From positions 2,046,001 through 2,110,000 of the forward strand of contig JAYWIR010000032.1 of the NCBI GenBank assembly GCA_036172245.1: a DNA stretch of 64,000 nt. Reading direction: 5' to 3'. The stretch is from Raillietiella orientalis (taxonomy: Eukaryota). The position numbers were made by a program, and so were the translations under genes. Positions within the stretch are counted from its first letter, which is position 1, and every line of letters starts with the position of its first letter. The notes below the pieces were generated by a model. It was not told where the DNA came from. It worked only from the letters and a program-made list of their open reading frames with translations, and searched no databases. Positions 52,138-64,000 of the stretch are shown piece by piece.

Positions 52138-54166
52138 GAGGATCTGCGAGAATCCGTGGGAATCGCTTGCCTGCGAATGCCTACAGAGTGACAGGCATAG
52201 GTCTTGAATAATTCGTATCGTTCCCTACTCTTGCAACTGTCCTTCAGAGGGTCGGTCAAGGACGTTTTATCCTCAGGAAACGTGATTGCTTTTCCTTGGC
52301 TTTTTGATATCTCCATCCAACTCTCAACACATTCAAGACTGAAGTCTTCAGAATAAGGTAGCTCGCCACACCTTGGAAAGACGAAAGTGAACGGACGGAA
52401 GTGACCGGAAGTGCAGTTGCGAATGCCGGTGAATTGCAAGGAGTCGGGGGCGTTTCCCTGCGCTTACCAGGAAGCATCTTCGCGCCTGGGACCCCACCCT
52501 TAAAGGGTAGGTTGACACGGGGCGGCTCGTCTCGCCCCTGGCGAGCTGGGAGCACGTGAAGCGGCGAGATAACTCGAGAGACGAGAGTCAATGAGAGCAC
52601 CCACCAAACCGTGAAGTGCCTCTTTGCAGGAAAATCTCTGCCTCCAGGCTGTGGGTCCGGAGGCAGTGGCATCAGTCGATGTGGGGTGATGGGGTACGAA
52701 GACTGCACAGGCAACGTCGGGTTGAATCGAACGGGTTCGGCTGAAATCCGAGCGCTGAAATCCCTAACGATAAATATGCATGTTAAAAAAATTCATGTTA
52801 ATATATATATACATATTCATCCTTCTAATCTTTATAATGTATATCAGTCTACATAACAAACATATTATCCACTATATCAATGATGCGTATGTGGATATTC
52901 ATAAATACATGTGTTAAAATGACATCACCATTAACGGTATGCATATCAATAAATATCAGTAATATTGTGAGTTTATAAAATAAATTAGTCATTAATCTAC
53001 ATATAGATGTGTATATAATATACATATTAAGCGTATATATTCATTTTTGCAATCTTTATTATATATATCAACTGATATATATCTTATAATTTTTCCTATA
53101 TTTAATATTTAATATAGGATATAATTTCCTATATTTAATAAACATATTGTTAATTATATTAGTAATATGTATGCACACAAATATTAGCGAACTCATTTGT
53201 GATAATACTACCATTAATAATATATATATTAATAAGTATAAGTGTTCAAATAAATTCTCGTATTAATCTATACATTAGTATACATAATGAGTGAGCTTCC
53301 CAAATCACTTGCCCAAATGAGGCGTTTCTTAAGCCCTCTAGGTGTTGTTTCTTGCTCCACGTTATCTCCTCAATGAATTATCTGGAAAAACGGGTTGGAA
53401 AGTCCAAGGATAGTTCTCCAAATGATGACACGGCGAATGGAGGTCACCTGACACGAGAACGAGGCGATCTTTCCGTACAAAATCCGCAGAAAGATCGGAC
53501 CTGTTGCTGCGCAGCTCTTGAAGATTTCCGGGATCCATGGGACAGGGGGATGCTTCCCTGGGAAAATTCGGCAGAATTTTCGTCCGTAGCTGCGATTAAG
53601 CTGCGCGAAATTCGTAAAATCTTCCTCTGTACCTCGCTGGCCATTCTGTGCGAAGCGGGTCAGAAGGAATTCTGGCGCTGCACGCCCAACCAGTTTCAAT
53701 TTCCTGCCAAAAAGAAAGGAAAAAGAAGTGCGGCAGTTCGGTTCCCTAGGCGAGAATGCTTGAACTTTAGCGCGATCACTTCTGGCCACGCCCTCTCCCG
53801 CCGACTTCCCAGCGGGTCGTCCTATCCTGCCCCTCGTCGCATGGGATGGCTGCTTCACAGACATCTGCGTAGAAACGATCCGGCAGCATCAGCGATAAGT
53901 GCCACATGGGTCTCGTGAACAACTTCAATGATGACTGTGGGCAGCTTGCAGTTGGATACTTCCGGCTCGAGGAGGATCTGCGAGAATTCGTGGGAATCGC
54001 TTGCCTGCGAATGCCTACAGAGTGACAGGCATAGGTCTTGAATAATTCGTATCGTTCCCTACTCTTGCAACTGTCCTTCAGAGGGTCGGTCAAGGACGTT
54101 TCATCCTCAGGAAACGTGATTGCTTTTCCTTGGCTTTGTGATATCCCCATCCAACTCTCAACACAT
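52138..54166. repeat. Direct repeat, 195-bp copies (52138-52332 and 53972-54166)
   Basis: The copies differ at 4 positions by hand alignment. Confidence 0.95.
52733..53290. mobile_element. AT-rich TIR element copy 8 (left end only)
   Basis: GGGTTCGGCTGAAATCCGAGCGCTGAAATCCC followed by an AT-rich interior. Confidence 0.55.
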
Positions 54167-57100
54167 CATTCGTCGCAACGCAATTTTCGGGGTGCAGGGA
54201 CATACAGATCCGGAACATCGACCCTCATCTTCCTTCTCAGAAGATTTTGTCTCTTCTTCTCTGAGATTTTGCCTCTTTTACCTCCTTCTTAGAAGAGACA
54301 GAATGCTTTGTACCGTTTCTCGTGCTACCCACCAAGAGAGACAAGACACAGTGGAGACAACAGGTAGAAGAGAACTGAAGGTTACGCCAAAAAGAGTCCA
54401 GAAGTCTGAAAGTTCCGATCTGTGATGAAGAGATCAGCCGCGATTCGAAAGACATAAATTCTGAACCGCTTTGGCCCTGTTGTGCGTTAAGTCACGAAGA
54501 AGACTGGAGGTGGAGAAAGAACTTTTTGGATTTGGCACCAAAAATCAACTTTGGTTCACTTTTGACTTTCTCTTTCTGCTTCTCCTCAGCTTATAGAAGA
54601 ACTTTTGATCAAGCAAAAGAGGCCAAGAGCACTTATCCGTTGTTTTGAGGACCCAATGTGCACGCATCATGTAAGGACCTGGAAAGAAGAACCACAAACC
54701 TTCCGGTAACGGTAGTTTTCCAAGTGCGCCAAAGCTGCGAAGAAACCCGTGGTGTTTACCATGGTTTTCCACCGAACCCCAACTTGCGCGTCATCTCGCT
54801 GATGTGGTTACTTGCTCAATGCGGATGCAGTTTCAAGAATTCAGCCCGAACAGTTCAGTCAGTCTTCAGCTACTGTTTCATATGAAATCTACTGTGGCGA
54901 TCTTTGTTGACAAAGGAGCACTACTTCAAGAAAATCAATAGGAATCGCTAATATGTGGTCATCTGGCAAATAGAGCAAAATATGAATACTGGTATCTTCC
55001 TAGGATCAATTCACCACGCGATGGTTTGCTGCGAAGGGTGTATCACATGAAACAGTGAGGTCATTCGCCCTACTACTTTTATCATGACGGGCACTATCCA
55101 ACTAGTCAGCATAATCACCGTCTTTATGCTCATTTTGTTATCTTTTTTCGGCCTAATCAGATGCATTTTCGACACACCTATCGACAGGATTTACTTCATT
55201 TGCTGAGTGTTCATGTGTATATACGCGTGCCAACTTTACTTGCTGGAAAGATGTCAGCTCCTGATAATGGAACGAAACATTCACTTTGAAAACTCGGAAA
55301 TTCGACTGTGTTCCACGAAGTGTCTATGCATCCTTTGAAAATGAGAGGATGCGAGGTGAGAACCTCAAAACTTCGAAAATCAAGCACGACTTTGAGCCTC
55401 ATAATACACATGGAATGACCAACGTTGATAACAAACGACGTACAAGACTGAAGGGTCATCGTGAGTCAGAACTAGCAATATGGTGCAGGCGTTACCTTAC
55501 GTGACGCTGATATTCCAGGATGTCATCGCCTTTCAAATTTCACTTTTCTTCCTCTAGGATTATTTCTTATGTCCCTCGAAAAAAAAAAAATATAAAAATC
55601 CTCTAGTTGCGGATAGCTCAGTTGAAGACGAGCTATCAGGAAAGTTGAGAATTAAAAAATGTTGATGCGAGTTCAACGTGGAAACAAATCGTCGAAACAT
55701 CCACCGACCATGGAAAGAACCTGGCAAGCTTCCACCCAGGGAGAATATTCTCTATTCATTCGCTCTGAGCTGACTGCCACACCGCTATAGCTTCCATGCT
55801 GTCAGCATAAATTAAGTAGTGAGTTGCCAAGAAGCCACTGGAACTCGGTTCGATCCTAAGTACAGATTGATTCGAGAACTTCCTAGTAAGTAGGTGCAAT
55901 TAGGTGAGGCGAAATTACTCGAGAATACTCGAATACATATACACTTGAAATAGCAGTGGTAATCACATGCTGATTTTGTAGTCTTTCAATGCTTTTTGCT
56001 TTTAATTCTACATTATAACTCATATCGCATTGAATTTTTCGAAAAACTACTGCCATAGTATTTCTTTTAAAGAATGCGTAAAGTATTTTCATTTTGTCCC
56101 GAAGATCGATATTTTAAGGAATTCTTTTTGTAGATAACCCTGTATACTGTTTTCTAATATTTGGTGAACCATAGAGTCTTGGTTGCTCAATTTCAATGCG
56201 GAACTTCATTAGCTTTCTTCACTGCTATAAGATTCAATAAACATCAAACAATTTACGTGCAAAATTATGATACAGTTTTACGGTGCCTTCAATTTTAAAG
56301 AGCAGTGTAAAAGGAACAGTATAAATTACGTAGTTAATGGCAGATATGACATATGATGGATACTCAAGACGGTAAAAATCAATGGACTCGAGAAAAAACC
56401 CGCAATTTCTGGTTACATGGACTCGAAGGATTAGTTGAAGCATTGAAGAGTTTGTTTTGTTGAACTTGAACATTCATTCATCAACATAGAAAGCTTATAT
56501 GTGGAATTCTGAAAGCATTCGAGCTAATCATAGATTGTAAATCAAATCAAGAATAACATAATGCAAATTTCTCTATTGTTAGAACATAACAGGAAAATTT
56601 GAAGATACTGTTGTAAATTGTTAATGTAATACTCTTATTAGCTGCATATTACATGTACATTAATTGGTTGAAATCCGTATGCCTACAGTTTTGCAATCAA
56701 CTGCAACAAATAGATTAGATCGCAAGTATTACCGATATCTACTACTTTTTTCTCAATGGTGCAATTTCATTCTTTTAATTGATAATTTGCAAAGAAGCTT
56801 TACAAATTTATCAATTGCTTCAGTAGTATTTTTCATGCATGCAAGTTGCTCTAACTTAAAACATACGAAGAAATTAAAGGTGATTTTTCAAATAAAAAAA
56901 GAGAGACTGAATTCTAAAAGGAATTGTTGAGTGGATTTTTTGTATTGAACACAACAATTTTTACTAGGATGTAATGATTATTTAGAAACAACACTGGTAA
57001 TTCTGAAACATGTGATTTTCCTTTTCCTTATTGTGAACGAGAGGATAGCTTTTAGGTTTTACTGTGTGTAAAGTGTGATAAAAGGCGTATTTTATAAATA

Positions 57101-57364
57101 GAAATTAACATATGACCGGTTAGAAATCATCGTTTAGTATCTGATTGCAGAAATGAAATTGTAATATGATAGATGTGTGTGATCGTTATAATAATGTTTT
57201 TTTGTGTGAAATGAAGTATATAGAACACATCAGTTGTTCAGTGTGTAGAATCTAAGCTATTCATTGTAAGATGAAGTTATTTACATTTTTTCAAGTTATA
57301 GTTCTGTATAATAATCAAAATTTGTGCGAATATCTTTGTAGTGGGTGTTTTCAAATTGCAAACA

Positions 57365-58346
57365 ATGGGGAAGATAATGAAACCAGGAAAAGTGGTCATT
57401 GTTCTAAAAGGGAGATTTGCCGGTCGAAAGGCAATAATTGTAAAAAACAACGATGAAGCCACATCTGACAAACCTTACGGTCATGCTTTAGTTATTGGAA
57501 TAGAACGATATCCAAGAAAAGTTGTCAAAAAAATGGGGAAAAAAAAAATTGCCAGAAGATCAAAAATAAAACCATTCACAAAGGTATTTTTTTTACAGTT
57601 TTACTAGCCCTGCAAAGTTTTCAACTAGTGATAAGTTTGCATGTGCTGTGTACTACTGAAAGCCCAAGATCTGATGAAGACCTTGTGCACTTTTAGAAAG
57701 GAAGATCTCATGACCATGCACAAAAAGTCATGCTGATAATTAAAATTATCAGCATGCCTTTTTTTTAATTTGATTAACCTTGATAATTCTTCTTCACCAC
57801 CACTAGTTGCATCACAATTCATGATGAAGTGATTGTAGTGAATTCGCTGTAGCAAAGTGTGGGGTCCACGTTCAGTTCTTGGAACCTTTAATCATAGCTT
57901 TTAATCATAGCAATCATTCATTTGTTTTTATGATTATTGTTGTTGTTACTTTGGCATGTTGGATTATCATTTTAAGATTTCCATCCCTAAAGCAGTTAGA
58001 TCTGTAAATCTAATCTAATCAAGTAAACCCGGGCAAACAATTTCAACTTCTTTTAATGCTTGGAAAGACTTTTACAGAGTATTTTACAGATTTATAATTA
58101 TAACCACCTGATGCCAACACGCTATTTTGTGGATATCAGTTTTGATAAAACGCAAATTAACAAGGATGTGCTGAAAGATCCTGCCAGAAAAAAGAAAGCC
58201 TTATTCATGGTGCGATCTACTCTGGAAGAAAGGTGAGGCATGATGCAACCTTCAAGCTAATTAGATAATGCCCTACCCCCTTTTTGTTTCTTTCCAGATA
58301 CAAAACAGGAAAAAGTAAATGGTTTTTCCAGAAATTGCGTTTTTAA
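57365..58346 (+). CDS. RPL27: 60S ribosomal protein L27 (eL27), 136 aa; exons 57365-57583, 58090-58232, 58298-58346
   Basis: The spliced translation [28 protein letters not shown]...[27 protein letters not shown]...[19 protein letters not shown] matches eL27 end to end. Introns are GT-AG (506 and 65 nt) and AATAAA overlaps the stop codon. Confidence 0.98.
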
Positions 58347-58446
58347 TAAACTTGTTTTAAAAAGAAATGGAGCAGTTGCCCTTGTTTTCACATAAAGGAA
58401 ACTAAATTAAGTATTAACAACAATAAACATGGTTGGCTGAAATGCA

Positions 58447-59942
58447 TCATTCATCTTCCACATATTCCACAGCATAAAATTCATTTCCCTGATCATCAAT
58501 CTGTTTAGTCAGCATGTAGACTACCAGTTCGTAAGTGCTCATCATAATGGCAGAATTTGGGATTTGCCTGATCAGTTGGGTGCCCATCCCTCTGTACATA
58601 GCCCAAAACCCTTCTTCCCTTATAACAAGGGCTAAGGTTTGAAAAAATCGTTTGTACTTGGATCCTTCTTCCCGCAGTCTGGTTCGAGCCAAATCTACAA
58701 ATAGTTTCATTTGTGATTATTCAAGCTAATAGCAGCATAATTACCATGGGGATAAGCCAGAACAGAAGCAACACACTTTGCTGAACCAGCAGCCATCATG
58801 AATTCCACAAATTCCCATCCACTCCGAGATCCGATTTCAGACTGGTTCGTTTGTTTTTTCTGAAGGTGGCATTTAAGGGCTTCATAAAGGACAAAGTTAA
58901 TAGCTGTCTCAGAAAGACCAAAATAGGATGCAGTGATACCCTTATAGAAACCTGCTATTCCCTATTGGGCAACAGAAGCATGATTCAGACAGCTGGCAAC
59001 CAACAACTCACATGTGTGCGATACAAATTTGTAACACAATAACGGATAGAAAGGTGATGACTACAATCTAATTGTAGGCGTGTTTTTATCAACCAGATTG
59101 GATTGGTACAGGTGCTTGCCACAAAACCTATAAAACATGTAACATGAAAATTACTGTCAACAATACCTCCAGCAAGAGCTGAACCAATATGAACAACTGG
59201 AGTGTTGGGTGTGAGAACACAGTTGAAGAAAGACTTCGCTTCTGTGTATGTAGCAAAGTAGATTGCACGGGTAGGAACAACACCTACAAGATTTGGAATC
59301 AAACCTTTAAACAGTGCATGAACGCCTTCTGTTTTCACAATATATCTGTGAAAATTGGAAAATCAATGTGCACCAACCAATTTTTCATTATAACCTAAGA
59401 CACTGCCATATTCTTAAGGTATCACTGCTTGCATATGTTGGGGTAGGTGCTGTTTTAAGATTTGCTCGAAGTCGGCCAAGAGATGTGGAGAAAGAGCACA
59501 TTTCATCTTTAACAGAATGCAAGCCTTCTGATGTTCTGCAAATCCCAGAGTGACTGAAAGTTGAAGAGGATGATTGGAGGCGTGTTTTTACTACTTCCAA
59601 CGGGCATGTGAGAATTGCTCCAGCAGTACCTCCAGCACTATTTATGAAAGGAGTTGATAATTTGAATTAGATTTTGACTGGAATATAGCAAATGCCTATT
59701 CTTCATTTGTTAGCACAAATCATAACACTGAATTCTAATCTTCAGTAATTACAAATCATCATTCACCATTACAGGTTTAAAAGAAATATTTAACGCAAAA
59801 CCTTTTATACAATACAAATACAATTACGTATGCATGAGTAAAACACATCAAACTACAATTCCAAAGCCTCACTAAGAAAATTAAAGATCAAGTCAACGTA
59901 CCCGCCAGCAATTAGGTGAATTATTGCTTCTCTCTGAAACAT
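58447..59942 (-). CDS. SLC25A36: Mitochondrial pyrimidine nucleotide carrier (SLC25A33/SLC25A36, yeast Rim2-like), ~347 aa; exons 59942-59902, 59637-59395, 59345-59167, 59127-59012, 58961-58745, 58694-58447
   Basis: The N-terminus [37 protein letters not shown] and three carrier signature motifs ([32 protein letters not shown]) are present, plus [20 protein letters not shown] and [14 protein letters not shown]. All five introns are GT-AG with the frame preserved (1044 nt CDS). The symbol denotes the SLC25A33/36 orthogroup. Confidence 0.93.
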
Positions 59943-60639
59943 ACACCTCAGGAGTTTTTTTTTTACACAGGGAAAAAGATTTTAAAATTAGCATGAAATC
60001 TTCTTTACTTTATGCAGACTCAAACGAAAGGATATGAAACAAATCTGAAGCACAGTCACATATCCATTTCCAAATGCAAATATTACATCTTCAGCACTAT
60101 GTGCACACTTTTCGAAAATACTGTACAAATATATGGGTTACCTGAAAGCTGAAAAATCCAACAAGCAGAAGGCTAACATTCACTGATACAAATCGCCACT
60201 TGCTTCGTGGAGCACGAAATACATAAGTACAACTACATTACAAAAAATTTAATCTAGTCAGATAACATGAGGTGCCCTAGTAGCTTGGCGGACTTTTTTG
60301 TTTTGTTTTGTTTGTTTGTTTGTTTGTTTGTTTGTTTTCGATTTTTTGTTTTCTTTTTTTTGGGGGGGTGGGTGGGGAGGTAGGGGCGGGGGATTTCGTT
60401 TTTGAGAACCGGAACCTTTTCGCTTTCGATTCTAAAAACTGACTTTCATTCCATTTGATCAACATGCACGGCATTCAGATTTCCCGACGAAACAAAGTTT
60501 TCGCTCCGGCAAATCAACAAAATCAAAAAGCATTCCGTTCGAAGACTGCGGTTCAAAAAAACGTCTCGGAAAAAAATAAAATAATAATAATAATGGTAAT
60601 ACTTCCTACTGCAAGCGCGCCCGTTTCCGCAAACCTCAC

Positions 60640-61620
60640 GCATCCAATGCAACCACCGCCGTTGCTACGCATTTAAATAACGTTCTCCTCCGCGGCGCAG
60701 AGATCACGTGCTCGTCACGTGCATTTGTTTTCCTGCTTGCAGCGCACGTCTGCGAGCTTTGCACTTCCATTTTTGTAGGAAGCGTTGGCGCCGGTGGTCC
60801 GTGGCGCGTGCCAATCTCGGGAAAGGTGTTGCTGCTGCTGCTCAGGGAGCAGCAGCAGTCGGGACCGGCGTCTCCTGCGGGGCACCATCTCGGGTGGTGG
60901 TGGTGGTGGTGGTGGTGGTGGCTGTTGGGATGCCATCACCGTGTACCGAAATGTGTGGCTGCCGCGGATTTTTTTTCTTTTTTTTTTCTTTTCGGGGGGG
61001 GGGAGGAGCCATGGGATTATTCTTCGTGCCGGCCCGTTCGCCTTCTTCTTCTTCTGGGGACACCTCCCCCCTCCCTCATTTGGTCCTGAGGCGTCGTCGT
61101 TGTCGCCGTCGAAGTGCTTTTCTTTTTTTTTTCGCAACTGTGGGAGTGTCCCGTCTGCGGTAGCAACGGGCGGCAGACCACCACCACCACCACCCTGTGG
61201 AAGCAAACGCACTTCTACCCGTGACCAAGAATAAATTCGACTCGCGCTTCTAAAATTAAAAACCTCCGCCGCCTGGCGACCCCGGTGGCCACCACCGAGG
61301 ATGCTCAGCTTCCTCTGCTTCGAGCAGAGTTCCACAGACCATCCCCCACGCCGCTCCACCGTGGAGACGGACGTCGGCGACACCGCAGTGATCTCCCGTA
61401 GCCGTGGATGGATGAGATGAGCAGCAAACCATGGGAACCGTGCAATGCAGTGCGCGCGTCCTTATTGGGACAGAGAAAATTTCTTCTTGTGCTGTTCCCC
61501 TTTTTATTCCCTTCCACTATTTTTCTTGTTGTTGTTTTGTTTGGGGGGGGGGCGCAGTATGCTTTCAGAAACCGAGTACAACCATCCGCGACACTCCACG
61601 CCTAAACCAGACTCCTTGTA
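60640..61620. promoter_or_regulatory. GC/CpG-rich promoter-like island upstream of the carrier gene
   Basis: CpG-rich tract within AT-rich DNA, 0.7-1.6 kb 5' of the carrier ATG. It contains two TCACGTG E-boxes (60704-60721), a minus-strand TATTTAA at ~60672-60679, (GGT)n and homopolymer runs. Confidence 0.5.
60891..60921. repeat. (GGT)n microsatellite
   Basis: About 10 tandem GGT units. Confidence 0.9.
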
Positions 61621-64000
61621 CACAAGCACGCAACAACATACCAAACACGCAGTACCAAGTAAGGTACGTTCTGGTGAATTTGAACCTAAAGAGCTCCCAT
61701 CTCATTGAGTGTACGCAATTTTAAAGTGTACTTGGTACTGCTTTGCATACAACGCACACTTCCTTCGATTCAGACTGCTGCGCAATTGACTGTCGCGTGT
61801 CCTCACAACATGAAGTTGTACGCTCTTTGTCAAAATGGCCGACGTCCCCCCCCCCCAACCATATTTGTACTCGGTTAAAAGAGTGGATTCGGCAATCCTG
61901 TCTTTTCCATAAACTGGAATTTTCCAAGTGTTCAAATTATTATACAATAATGCATCTGTTAAAAAAACTCTGGGGGATTATGTTCGGTACTTGAAACTCC
62001 CCTAGCATGTCCCTAGCACTAAAATCATGAAGTACGAGACACATGAGCTGGATTATATGTTCAAGAGAATTTACTGGTTATCGAAACACAAATAACATAC
62101 TGCATGCTTATTATAGGGATGCACAATCGTAATTTTCAGAAACCCCATCAAAATTATTTGAATGAGAAATCTTTGCAAGTTTCGCCTGTGCAGTAGTCCT
62201 GAAAAAAAAAACAAACAAACACTCGTATGGAGCATTTTTTTTTCATGTGTCATTCTTTTTTTCAACCCGTCTACTTTGAGTTTTTAAATTCAACGGAACG
62301 TCAATACTGCCGTTAAAAACTATATGAAAAGATTATCAGTTTTGACTAAAAGATAGTTCTAAAAATAGTACGTATTGATGTCTTTTTTTCTTCTTGATTC
62401 TTCAGTTAGGTATGATTTTTAATTTATATGGTTTTCCGATCTGTTTTCCCTACAACAGTTTCCAAAACAGCAGATAGGATTTCTGCCCTCCCACATTTCA
62501 ACCTGTATTCTTTGCATAAAACACTTTCAACGTAGTCATCATGATTTTCATTTCAGTCTCATCTAGCAAAGTAAACTTCCTCAGTCCCTATTGAAAAAGG
62601 GGTTTATTTGTATTTTTTAAGTTGCGCAGCAAGAACAGCGTACATCTATCTCTCATTTTTCAGGCTGTACACTCCTAGGACTTATTTGGATTAATCTTCG
62701 CCTCCCAGCAACATTTTCTTCATCCTATTTATAAGCATCATAATTCCATGCATTCATGTGTAAATCAAGGGTAACATTCAAAATCAGATCAAGTAATTTG
62801 ACTCGAACCCAGAGAATTCCACAGAAAGACGAATAAACTAAATAAACAGCCCGGAGAAAATTTGAGAAATACTTGCTCAAATCAATGATTGGTGACCTGA
62901 GGATTCTTAAGATCGCAATTTCCAAAGTTCAGTCCCTTTGAATTGCCTTTTATGATATCTTACAAAGAAGGACTGGAGAAATTTACTCCTCCAATCGTTG
63001 GTTGCGGTGTACTTTTATCAATAATGTAGGAAACGTGTGACCCAGACAGCAGAGCAACAAGGTTCCAGCAAATAAGTTGGCAACACCCGATGATGATTCA
63101 GGACTGAAAATAATGACTATAAGGGGATGCTCGTCTTGGACTATACGGTTATGTTTGGTACGTCTCTGTAGTCGGATACCTTATTCTCCTCCCCCTCCCC
63201 CTTTTCCTTTCCCTTTTTTTCATTTTCTTTTTAATGGCATCTAGACTTTTCCATGCTTTTTTCTTTTTCCAGAGAGGAAGCGTAGGGACGGAGGTAAAGA
63301 GCTTTTAAGCAATGTCTTTTATATGCTTTTTCGTTAAAGAAATTAGAACGAAAACTTTCATTTAAAAAAAGTTGCAATTTGGAAATCCTTCAGAAGAACC
63401 TGATTATTCCAGTGTTTTTGAATTCCGAGGGAAGATTCGTGGTATGAACGGTGGACGATTCACTTTATGATTCTGGAACGAAAGAAACACTGCTAAAGTC
63501 AAGGTGTCGCCGAAGTGCCGACACAGTTCACGTCCACGAAAGCACAGTGAGAATTCGCCTTGTGGCTTCGAGTCCGAGAGGTATATTTATTTGGGGGAAA
63601 TTCTCCAACGATTCACGGCAAAGTTTCTGACTTCTGATGCTTTGGAAAGTTTCCGGTCACTCTTGTGAATACGGAATTCACAGAAACCAGAATGGCAGAC
63701 GCAGCCCGGGTTGCAGATTAACAGCAAGCATGTCAGATTAACATAAACCATCTTCAGAATGGAAAGACGCTGCTTTCCATCTGAAGAAGGCCTCAGCTTC
63801 ACTTTTTGTTTCGGACTCGGCTCCCCCGTCATCTGTCGCGACCAGCCGACTGTAGATCTCAAAGGTTTCTGGCGTATCTCTGGAAGCGTCTTTGCCACGA
63901 TTTGTGCCACACTCGCGGACCTCTTCGTGGACTTATCTCTGCCAGCAATGCAAAGAACGCCGCAGGAGTGTGGATGGACGCATTGGAAACACAAAGCCGG

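Noticed and set aside
52138..54166. LTR pair / TRIM
   Set aside because: No TG..CA termini, PBS, PPT or TSD recognised.
60715..61383. 222-aa Pro/Gln-rich ORF
   Set aside because: Produced by microsatellites and homopolymers in a GC-rich island, with no domain support.
62600..64000. Additional host gene exons (also possible at 55600-56500)
   Set aside because: Splice-like signals exist but no consistent, recognisable reading frame could be assembled.

Overview
Eukaryotic (animal) genomic DNA. Very short GT-AG introns (39-65 nt) and compact genes suggest an invertebrate, possibly a nematode, but the species cannot be determined from this window. The window has two compartments. (1) About 1-54 kb is a nested graveyard of decayed transposons with no intact gene, and nearly all ORF-track hits there are spurious or frameshifted remnants. 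It holds many fragments of an L1/Tx1-type LINE family, Utopia/NeSL-like RLE retrotransposon fragments, a CR1-like RT fragment, an internally deleted Hsmar1-like mariner, and about 8 copies of an AT-rich non-autonomous TIR element. (2) About 55-64 kb is AT-richer host DNA with an intact 3-exon RPL27 gene (+), a convergent 6-exon SLC25A33/36-type mitochondrial carrier gene (-), and a GC-rich promoter-like island. The most notable observation is that six copies of a 550-850 bp leader start with a dimeric tRNA-like (A-box/B-box) head and carry an internal ~38-bp monomer array. At least three of them run directly into Tx1-type ORF1 with CCHC knuckles, which suggests an L1/Tx1 LINE with a captured Pol III-type promoter. 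The same family has a structured 3' UTR and an apparent CCWANRYG insertion preference that can hit its own head. All TE boundaries were set by eye and are approximate unless TSDs or TIRs are cited.
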